From assembly GCA_038231435.1 (NCBI GenBank), contig JBBRLJ010000001.1:32001-96000 (forward strand): 64,000 bases of DNA. Reading direction: 5' to 3'. Shown in pieces: positions 28,091 to 35,970 of the stretch. The translations under genes and the position numbers were made by a program. The stretch's first letter is position 1, and every line of letters begins with the position of its first letter. The notes below the pieces were generated by a model. That model saw only the letters and a list, made by a program, of their open reading frames with translations, searched no databases and was not told where the DNA came from. This DNA is from Planctomycetota bacterium (lineage in GTDB: Bacteria > Planctomycetota > UBA11346).

Positions 28091-29140
28091 TCAGGGGCGG
28101 ATGACCGGAATGCGCTGCCAGCCCTGGATGGATTCGGTGAACTCGCGGCAGGTGAAGCACCACACCACGCAGCGCTTGCCGGCCAGGTTGTCCTTGCGGC
28201 GTGCGAGGATCATGCGGCTGCCGTTGGCGCCACTGCCCTTCACGCCGACCAGGTCTGGGGCGAAACCGAGCTCGCCGGCCAGCAGATCGGGCAGGCCGGC
28301 GTGGCTGGTCAGCAGGTCGCGGCTGAAGACCAGCGTATGGCTGTCGCCCATCAGCAGCAGCGGGCTCTTGGCGTCGCTCTCCACGTCAGCGCCGTCGAGC
28401 TTCACGGTCTCGACCGCAAGCGTTTCGGTCGCCGTCTCGTCGCCGAGCAGCTGCGCGAGATCACCATGCGCCGCGATGGTGCCCGCCGTGGCCGTGACCG
28501 CCTTCTTCGGCACGCCGGCGAACCAGGGCTGGGGCGACACCAGCGCAGCGATCGCCTTCGCGGCTACCCGCACCGCGGCCGGCGACCAGTGCGAATCCGA
28601 GCGGCAGTAGGCGTCGGTCCCGGAGGCGCGCAACGCGGCCAGCTCGGGCTGGAGATCGATGGTTGTCACGCCGCGTCCGGCGAGCACCTCGCAGAACCTC
28701 CGCTGCGGTTCGTCCCAGCGCTTCGACGACGGCAGTCTCGGATCGAGCTCGTCGCCGTAGACCGCCACTTTCCCCGGCACTGGCACCACGATCAGGGTGA
28801 TCCCCTGGGTGGCCAGCTGGTCGTGAAACTCAAGGATTGCGGGCAGCGGATCCTGGTTCTTCTCGCACGATGCGGCCGCCACCGCGGCATCGCCCCAGAA
28901 TTCCCCGCGGCTGTAGCTGCGCAATTCACGCGCGAGAAAGCACCAACCGTCGCCACCGCGCACCGCCGAGGCCTTGGCGGTCTCTGCCTGGACGAAGGCG
29001 GCGGCCAGGACTCCGCGCGCTTCGTCGGGTACCGCGGCACGGGCCCATGGAGCGGATGCGCTCACAAGCACGAGCAGCGCCGCCGCCATCCGCCACGGCA
29101 CTCCAGCGGCGCGAGGACGAGGTGAGCGCGAGAGATTCAT
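28091..29140 (-). CDS. Second AlgJ/AlgX-family SGNH-like O-acetyltransferase
   Basis: Signal peptide; GGDGWCFL, VPVPGKVAVY, DSHWSP, LLMGDSHT. Confidence 0.85.
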   Translation of the reverse strand: MNLSRSPRPRAAGVPWRMAAALLVLVSASAPWARAAVPDEARGVLAAAFVQAETAKASAVRGGDGWCFLARELRSYSRGEFWGDAAVAAASCEKNQDPLPAILEFHDQLATQGITLIVVPVPGKVAVYGDELDPRLPSSKRWDEPQRRFCEVLAGRGVTTIDLQPELAALRASGTDAYCRSDSHWSPAAVRVAAKAIAALVSPQPWFAGVPKKAVTATAGTIAAHGDLAQLLGDETATETLAVETVKLDGADVESDAKSPLLLMGDSHTLVFSRDLLTSHAGLPDLLAGELGFAPDLVGVKGSGANGSRMILARRKDNLAGKRCVVWCFTCREFTESIQGWQRIPVIRP

Positions 29141-29787
29141 TCGGAAGACCCGGGTTTCGGCACCGCGGGAGCCGTTGCGGGCGCCGTTGCGGTCGTGGAA
29201 GCCGGCTTGGCCGGCTTCTCCGCTGTCACGCCAGGCGACGTCGCCAACTCGGGCTCATAGAGCGTGACCATGTCCACGTCCCAGTCGATGCTGCACGAGC
29301 GGTCGAGCTCGTCGAACTGCGGCGTGTCCTCGCTGTCCTGGATCGCCATGGTGCGCACGTCGCCGACCTTCGCGTCCGCCAAGGCCGTCTTCTTCGACTT
29401 CAGCACGCCCCACTGCAAGACCTGCACCTCTTGGCCGACGACCAGGCGGTGACGCGCGTCATCGGGCCAACCCGCTCCAGTGGACACCACCTTGGTCACC
29501 CGGTAGCGGTTGCAGGACAGGCACTCGACGTACGGCGCGATCGAGCGCGGATCCGGTACGGTCGACAGCGCCACCGCGGTGACCTCGACGGTGATCTTCG
29601 GCATTGCCTTCGCTGCTGGCGAGACTTTCGGTGATGGCGTCGGTGACACTGCGACGGCTGGATCGCCCGCGGGGTCTCCGGTGGAACCCGCGTCAGCGGC
29701 CATCGCGGCGGCGCCACTGATCAGGAGGGCGATCACGCCGCTTGCCGCCGATGCGCGCGAGGCCTTCCAATACTCCCTCATGGCCAT
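29137..29787 (-). CDS. Secreted hypothetical protein resembling the C-terminal domain of the 24698-26320 protein
   Basis: Signal peptide; STVPDPRSIAPYVECLSCNRYRVTKVVS resembles PAVGPIETDGTYENALATLKLRVTTVVS; ATGA overlap with the downstream gene. Confidence 0.65.
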   Translation of the reverse strand: MAMREYWKASRASAASGVIALLISGAAAMAADAGSTGDPAGDPAVAVSPTPSPKVSPAAKAMPKITVEVTAVALSTVPDPRSIAPYVECLSCNRYRVTKVVSTGAGWPDDARHRLVVGQEVQVLQWGVLKSKKTALADAKVGDVRTMAIQDSEDTPQFDELDRSCSIDWDVDMVTLYEPELATSPGVTAEKPAKPASTTATAPATAPAVPKPGSSE

Positions 29788-29815
29788 GCCCTCCGGTACA
29801 TCATGCTATTGCCGC

Positions 29816-32800
29816 TCACGGCTTCGTCGTCGAGTAGGTCAATTCCGCCATCGGACGGCCATCGAGGCTGAGTAGATCGAAATAGAAGCCCCATCCGTAT
29901 CCGCCTTGGGTGACCTTGACCAGCACCTCGTTCCATCCAGCAACCAGATTGACGTTGGCGCGATCCTGTCCTGGCGCGGCGCCACGGTTGGCGTCGTCCG
30001 CCACCACTTCCTTGCGATTGAGCCAGATCTTCACGCCGTCGTCGGAACCCGCCGACAGGTACGAAGCGCACGCGGTGGGCGACTTGACCCACAGCGCGGC
30101 ATAGGCGCAGACGTTATCGTGCGGATCGAAGGCCTTGCCGAGATCCACCAGGCCATTGGATTCGCTGCGCACGGTCTTCCAGGCGCATGCGGCGCCAGTG
30201 ATCCCGGGATACGTCGCGATGGGATCGAGCGCGACCGCTTCCGGTCCGAAGTCCTTGGCGAAATCGCGCGCGAACGGGCCGACAGCAAGCCATTCGCGCA
30301 CCGCGTAGTCGTGGATCGTGACGGTAGCGACGTGATCGGCGAGGGCCTTGTAGGATACCTGCCAGCGTCCGCTGCCGAGCTCGATCCCTTTGAGCGTGAT
30401 CGGCACCAGCGCCGACGCACCGGGCTCGAGCGGACCGAACGGCATCGATGCCGCGACGGTGCGATGCGCACCGCCGATCTCGACCGCCTCGACCGACAGC
30501 GTCCCCTGCACGGCCTTGGCGGTGGAGTTGGTCACGTCGGCCGGCAACGCCTGCTCCCCCTTGTCCAGGTGATCGGGATCGCGCGGCTTGACCGCGACGA
30601 CCGGATCGACGGTGAACGAGGCGGCATCCGAGTTGATCACCACGCCGTCCACCTTGAGCTCGACCGCAACGCTGGCGCTGCCAGCGGAGACCACGTCCCC
30701 GGACTTCAGCTCGAAGCTGACCGTCGTGTCAGCGTGGGCGGCGAGCGCTACTGCACTTTGCGCCGGGACCACCGACCATCCGGAAGGCGCGACTACGGAC
30801 AGGCTTGCCTTCAACGACTGCGCGCCGTTGTTGCGTAGCGACACCGTCAGCGCGCGTGCGCCCTTGCCTTCACCCCCCTTGACCGCATCGGACACACGCG
30901 AGCGCATGGCCGCGACGGGTTCCGGGCCGTAGATTCCGACTTCGCGCAGCATCAGGTGGCGCGGGCCGGCCTGGCCGCCAGCCTCGAGGATGATCGGCGT
31001 GGCGCCGCCACCGCAGGTGACGTCGTGCACCAGCAGGCGCAGCTTGCTCGCCGTCACCGGAGCGAAGCGGTGCTCGAAGATCCAGCGATCCGCGAAGAAG
31101 CTGTCGACGGTGGTGCGGGTAGCCGCGCTGAAGGAGCCGAACGTCTTGGTGGGCTCGACCACGCGATCCACGCTGACCCAGGCGCCGTCGCGTTCATACT
31201 GGATCTCGTGGTCGATGATCGTGCCCTGCCACTGCCAGGGTGGCGCGGCGTACACGACCACGCGCGAGATCTGCTGCGCCTTCGGCAGATCGAATTCGAC
31301 CCAGGCGGGGAAGCTCGGCGTGTCGTCCATCCATGGCTGATCGGGAGCCTGCTGTGTGTAATACCAGTTCTCGAGCACGCCATTGGTCAGCTTGTCGATC
31401 GAATTCGGGATGCCCTTGTCGATCGGGTGCTTGCCGCTGCCCGATGAGGTAACCGCCACGCCGGGCTGGCGCGCGAGGTTCGTGCCCCAGTCCATCGACA
31501 CCGGCGTGAGATCCTGGCCCTTGGCGAGTTCGACGTACAGAGGCAGCTCTGGCACCTGCAACGTGGCGACGCCGTCCACCACGGACACTTGCGATTCGAC
31601 ACCGAACGCGGACACCACCGTGAGCGACTTAGCGCCTGTGACCGACACCGGTACGGACGCGACCCCACAGCCGGCGTTCATCAGCGCGACCACCGAGCGG
31701 TCCGCGCCGTCGAAGCGGCTGCCGACGTACAACTGCTCGCCGTCCTTGCCGAAATCCAGGCGCTTGGCGAAGGTGGTGCCGAACAGCTCCTCGGACCACA
31801 CGCGGATCAGCGGCGCCGCCGGATTCAGGCTGCGGTCGTCGTTCTCCCAGAAGCATGGACAATCCCAGAAGCCGTGGCTGATGTCGTACCAGAGGTGGTT
31901 GTGCTCCTTCGGTATGCCGTACTGCTCGAAGACCATGAGCTCGAGCATGGTCCAGCGGCCATTCAGGCGCGGCTGGTAGCTCCCGTAGATCGCCGCCATG
32001 AAGCCCTGTTCGGTCTGCCATTTCTCTATTCCGCCGACACCATGGCGCTTGAGCAACGCCTGCAGCGCATCGAGCGAGGTGCGCGCGAGCCACAGATCGC
32101 CATTGATGTTGTTGTAGGCGTGGAACGAGAACACGTCGATCGACGCTCCGCCGCCGGCGCGGAAGAAATCCTCGAGCCATGGCAGGAGTCCCGGGCCGAT
32201 CGTGACCGTGCCCGGGCCCATGACCTTCAGCGACGGGTCCGCGGATTTCACCGCGTCGTGGAACGGCTTCATCTCCTTGACCGCGAAATCGGCCCCGCTG
32301 CTGCCGAAGTTCGGCTCGTTGCGCGGCTCCCAGTAGTGGACGGTCTTCTTGAAGTGCTCGGCCGCCGCCTTGACGCCCTTGAGATCAGCGGTGCCGTTCG
32401 GGAACGCGATCATCAGCTCGCGTTTGCGCGCCGGATCGCGGGGTAGGTATTCCTTCGCGTCGTAGGCGATGTCCGCCTCCATGTGCGAGATCGCCTCGTC
32501 GGCCTTGGCGCTGTCGCCGATGAAATGGCGTTGCGGGCCCATGCCCAGGAAAGCGCGCATCGGCTGATCCATCGACGGGTAGTACCCGTTCGACACGCTC
32601 GCGTCCGGGAGCGCGGGAAATCCCTGATGGTCGCGGACGATGACGAAGGTGGTCGCGCCCACGATATCGCCCCAGGCCGGCCGCGACTCCTTGCCGTAGA
32701 CGTAGAGCTTGTACCAGCCCGGCTGTGCCGCCTTGATGGTGGTCGATGCGCTCGCCGCGCCGCTGTCGACGAGTTCGCCCCAATAGTCGCGCACCTCGTA

Positions 32801-33073
32801 GGTGACCGCGGCGGCGCCGAGCTCGAACACCACCGCTTGCCCGCGCGTGAACACATGGCTGCGATGCCCGGATTTCGGCGCCGTCCAATCCGGCGGCGCG
32901 TCCTTCGTCCAGCCGGCGACGCGTTTCGGCTCGGGATGCCGCGGGATCGCGGGCGCCGTCACGTCATCGGCGGCCGTCGCGGCCAGCGCCACGGGGCCGA
33001 CGATAACCACCATCGAGGCGAGGCCGGCGAGCATCATCATCAGCGTTGGCAGCGAGGCGTGGGTACGTGTCAT
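29816..33073 (-). CDS. Large secreted clan-A-like glycoside hydrolase with F5/8-type, NEW3-like and PA14-like domains; paralog of 20382-24560
   Basis: Signal peptide; YWEPRNEPNF, KWQTEQG, EHNHLWY, GPFARDFAKDFGPE, PHDNVCAYA, GWNEVLVKVTQG. Confidence 0.8.
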   Translation of the reverse strand: MTRTHASLPTLMMMLAGLASMVVIVGPVALAATAADDVTAPAIPRHPEPKRVAGWTKDAPPDWTAPKSGHRSHVFTRGQAVVFELGAAAVTYEVRDYWGELVDSGAASASTTIKAAQPGWYKLYVYGKESRPAWGDIVGATTFVIVRDHQGFPALPDASVSNGYYPSMDQPMRAFLGMGPQRHFIGDSAKADEAISHMEADIAYDAKEYLPRDPARKRELMIAFPNGTADLKGVKAAAEHFKKTVHYWEPRNEPNFGSSGADFAVKEMKPFHDAVKSADPSLKVMGPGTVTIGPGLLPWLEDFFRAGGGASIDVFSFHAYNNINGDLWLARTSLDALQALLKRHGVGGIEKWQTEQGFMAAIYGSYQPRLNGRWTMLELMVFEQYGIPKEHNHLWYDISHGFWDCPCFWENDDRSLNPAAPLIRVWSEELFGTTFAKRLDFGKDGEQLYVGSRFDGADRSVVALMNAGCGVASVPVSVTGAKSLTVVSAFGVESQVSVVDGVATLQVPELPLYVELAKGQDLTPVSMDWGTNLARQPGVAVTSSGSGKHPIDKGIPNSIDKLTNGVLENWYYTQQAPDQPWMDDTPSFPAWVEFDLPKAQQISRVVVYAAPPWQWQGTIIDHEIQYERDGAWVSVDRVVEPTKTFGSFSAATRTTVDSFFADRWIFEHRFAPVTASKLRLLVHDVTCGGGATPIILEAGGQAGPRHLMLREVGIYGPEPVAAMRSRVSDAVKGGEGKGARALTVSLRNNGAQSLKASLSVVAPSGWSVVPAQSAVALAAHADTTVSFELKSGDVVSAGSASVAVELKVDGVVINSDAASFTVDPVVAVKPRDPDHLDKGEQALPADVTNSTAKAVQGTLSVEAVEIGGAHRTVAASMPFGPLEPGASALVPITLKGIELGSGRWQVSYKALADHVATVTIHDYAVREWLAVGPFARDFAKDFGPEAVALDPIATYPGITGAACAWKTVRSESNGLVDLGKAFDPHDNVCAYAALWVKSPTACASYLSAGSDDGVKIWLNRKEVVADDANRGAAPGQDRANVNLVAGWNEVLVKVTQGGYGWGFYFDLLSLDGRPMAELTYSTTKP

Positions 33074-33115
33074 GTGAAGGTCCCCGGAGGATGGAGCGGA
33101 CGAGTAGCGACTCGG

Positions 33116-35122
33116 TTATTTGGCAGGCACATCGATGTCGTAGCGCTTGAGCGTCCGCTGCGCCTCGGCCCAAGCGGCGGTGTCGTCGAACTTGGCCTTC
33201 AGCTGACGGGCCGGCGCGATCATCGCCGACACCGCTTGGCCATTGCGCTCGACCCATTTCTTGTCCTTACAGCTGGCCGCGGATCCCGGCACCGCGGCCA
33301 AGCCTGCTTCGGCCGCCTGCAGCTTGCGCAATGGCCCGTTCCAGGCCTCGAGCTGGCGCTTGAATGTTGGATCGTCGAGGCGCGCCTTGGCGTCTTGCGC
33401 CGGCAGTTGTCCCGCGAAGCGTTCGATCAGATCGTCGTCGATGGTTTCGGCGTCTCCCGGCCGCTCTGACTCGAGACTTTTCGCCAAAGCGCCTTGCGCG
33501 ATGGCCCACGCGTTGACGCGCTCAACAGCCGAGTTCGCGATGCGTTCCGAGGCGGAGCCCGGACAGTCCTTCTTCACCACTTCGAACGCCACCCCCAGAT
33601 CCTTTGCCTTGCCAGCATGCTTGGTCCCGGTTGGCGACATCACAGCGTTGGCGCAAGCGAGGACCTTGGCGACCTTGTCCCATTCGGCGAGTTGGCCTGC
33701 GAGTGCCGGGTCCTCGAGACGCTTGGCCGCCGCGTCGCCGGACTCGATACCGGCGTATTGCGCGCACAGCTTCTTGTACAGCTTCGCGGCCGCGGGCAGA
33801 TCGGTCGTCTCGAGCGCCTGCGCGCGCCTGAGCATGGTGCGGCCCCAGCACAGCACGTGGTCGCGGAGGCGCGTGGCCTCGAGCGCCTTATCGGCATCCT
33901 GGCCCGGAGCGGCGAGCTTGTCGAGCTCGTCGAGGACCGGTTGGAAGGTCTTGGCCCCGGCGAGCTTCTTGACCAGGGCTGGCAGCTTGGTGGACGCGAG
34001 CTTGTCAGTCGGTTCGGCTCCGAATGGCTCGTAGCCCTTGATGCTCGCGTCCCAGAATCCGCCGGCGCGATCGAAAACACCGTCGCGGTTGTGGGTGACG
34101 CCGAGCTGGCGGCCGTTCTTCCAGTCGTAGAGCTCGGAATCCATGTACAGAACCTCGAAGTTGCTCGGAATCTTGAGCCGGCCCTGCGTGACGTTGATCC
34201 AGTTCTGGGAATTGGTCGCCCAGCGGAAGCTCTGCCATGCCCAACCGAGCTGTTCACGCCTGAGACCGAGCGCCGGGCTGCACGGGTCCCCTTCGTACTG
34301 GTTCACGCGGAAATCCGCCTGGCTCTGCGCCTGCATGTTCAGCAAGGTGCAGCCGGTGTGGATCCCCGTATTGGAGGCGAACAGCAGACCATCCGGCGAG
34401 ATGCAGTTGCCACATCCGGGATTCCACGTCGGCACCCCCTTCAGGTTGCCGTCCCCCTTGGTGAAATCGTACACCACCACGTCGTAGTTGTCGGTACGCA
34501 GCACCGCGTGTCCGGCATGCGGCGTCATGTCCGGCGACAACATCGGCCATCCGCCGCGATTGAAGGTGATGACGTCCTCCATCTGCTTCGACCACACGTT
34601 CACACGGCGCAGCACGTTCGCGGTCACACCTGGCCGGCAGTCGCGGAAGTAGATCCATTGCGCGCTGTCCGCGACGGGCCACTGCAGCATGGTGCCCGGA
34701 TTGCCCGCTTGGCCTCCGGTGTAGCTGCCAAGCTCGATGGGGTCGCCGCCGTCGATAGAGACCAGTGCCATGCCGCCGTCAGCGCGGGTGAAAGCCACCT
34801 GGTCGCCACCGGGGCTTATGCACAGGTACACCGCATTGGCGGCAAGCGCGGACCAGCCGACGGTGCGATCGCCCCTGAGATCGTAGCGCCTGAGCTCGCC
34901 TGGCTCGATGGCGTCGTGGATGATCCCCAGCCCATGCTTCTCGTAATGGACCGTGACGGCAAAGCCGTCGAGCGCGGGGGACGTCCGCTCGGTGATGACT
35001 AGCGCCATGAGCACGTATATACCTAGGATACAGGCCGTTGCATCTCGGCGTGACCTAATCAAGTGCGAATTGGGAAGGCCTCCCCCGTGACCTGATTCTG
35101 GATTTCGTGCACGGACGAGCAT
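33116..35122 (-). CDS. Secreted or membrane-anchored hypothetical protein: TolB-like propeller N-half, helical repeat C-half
   Basis: ISPGGDQVAF and ISPDG motifs; repeated helical units (YAGIESGDAAAKRLEDP, FAGQLPAQDAKARLDDP); GAGGAAGG upstream of ATG 35122. Confidence 0.65.
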   Translation of the reverse strand: MLVRARNPESGHGGGLPNSHLIRSRRDATACILGIYVLMALVITERTSPALDGFAVTVHYEKHGLGIIHDAIEPGELRRYDLRGDRTVGWSALAANAVYLCISPGGDQVAFTRADGGMALVSIDGGDPIELGSYTGGQAGNPGTMLQWPVADSAQWIYFRDCRPGVTANVLRRVNVWSKQMEDVITFNRGGWPMLSPDMTPHAGHAVLRTDNYDVVVYDFTKGDGNLKGVPTWNPGCGNCISPDGLLFASNTGIHTGCTLLNMQAQSQADFRVNQYEGDPCSPALGLRREQLGWAWQSFRWATNSQNWINVTQGRLKIPSNFEVLYMDSELYDWKNGRQLGVTHNRDGVFDRAGGFWDASIKGYEPFGAEPTDKLASTKLPALVKKLAGAKTFQPVLDELDKLAAPGQDADKALEATRLRDHVLCWGRTMLRRAQALETTDLPAAAKLYKKLCAQYAGIESGDAAAKRLEDPALAGQLAEWDKVAKVLACANAVMSPTGTKHAGKAKDLGVAFEVVKKDCPGSASERIANSAVERVNAWAIAQGALAKSLESERPGDAETIDDDLIERFAGQLPAQDAKARLDDPTFKRQLEAWNGPLRKLQAAEAGLAAVPGSAASCKDKKWVERNGQAVSAMIAPARQLKAKFDDTAAWAEAQRTLKRYDIDVPAK

Positions 35123-35163
35123 AGGATTCCCTTCCTCATCGGGTGATGCCAGGGATGTATCCT

Positions 35164-35195
35164 GGTGATTCACTCATATAAATGGGTGAATCGAT
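35164..35195 (-). promoter_or_regulatory. Candidate operator (copy 3), two inverted boxes
   Basis: GGTGATTCACT-CATATAAAT-GGGTGAATCGAT; minus strand reads TTTATATGAGTGAATCACC, about 40 nt upstream of ATG 35122. Confidence 0.55.
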
Positions 35196-35295
35196 ACTAA
35201 GTGACAACTCTCGTTACTTAAACAATAGTAGTCGTCGTCGCTGAAGTTCAAAGCCGTCGCTATCGCCGTGACCGTGTCGTCGCGTTCTGAGAGGC

Positions 35296-35363
35296 GGCAG
35301 CGGACCTCCAGCGACGCGACCGAGCGCTACTCGGCCGCGCTCGCTGGATGCCGGATCGCTGCC
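35296..35363. repeat. Long imperfect intergenic hairpin
   Basis: Nested inverted repeats GGCAGCG/CGCTGCC, TCCAGCGA/TCGCTGGA, CGCG/CGCG, CCGAG/CTCGG. Confidence 0.6.
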
Positions 35364-35970
35364 TGATCGTTGCCTGATCGAGACCGAATTACGCCTCGTT
35401 GGAGGTGCCGGTCGTCACCGACTTCATCACGTTCGATGTCGTTGGCGTGCCAGCCGCGGATCATTGTCGGTAGATTCACTGAACGTGGTCACCGTGGGAA
35501 CTGGATCACCAGGCTGAAGGTCGGACGTTTTGCGGTCGTTAAAAGCAGTCACCACCTTGTGCAGGAACGCGAACCTGTGTCCCCAGCCGTGGTCGTACAT
35601 TCGAATTCAGGCGTCTGTGCTGCCGCTGAAAAGTGGAAAACGAGTTTGCCGCCTTGCGCAGTTTCCCGCAGGCAGCGCAATCCTGCTTTCCATCACTTGC
35701 GCGCCGTCACTGCAGAGCCGTCTGCGGAACGCACGATGTCTTGCGGCAATCTCACCGGCAGGTCGGCATCGAACGCTTGCACATCATACATCGACAACTC
35801 TCATCGCAGTGGTGACCGCGGAGAACGCCCGCATCAAAATCGCAAGACGTGAAACAAATTGTCCGCGAATCGCTCCGTGTATCACCACGAATATTTCCGC
35901 GCTTCGCAATGGATGACGATATCGAAGCCGCCAATCAATAGAACACGCGCCTCTCAAGGAGGCGTCACCC

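Noticed and set aside
35123..35173. GTG start at 35173 from the ORF track
   Set aside because: It lies inside the candidate operator; ATG 35122 has a better RBS
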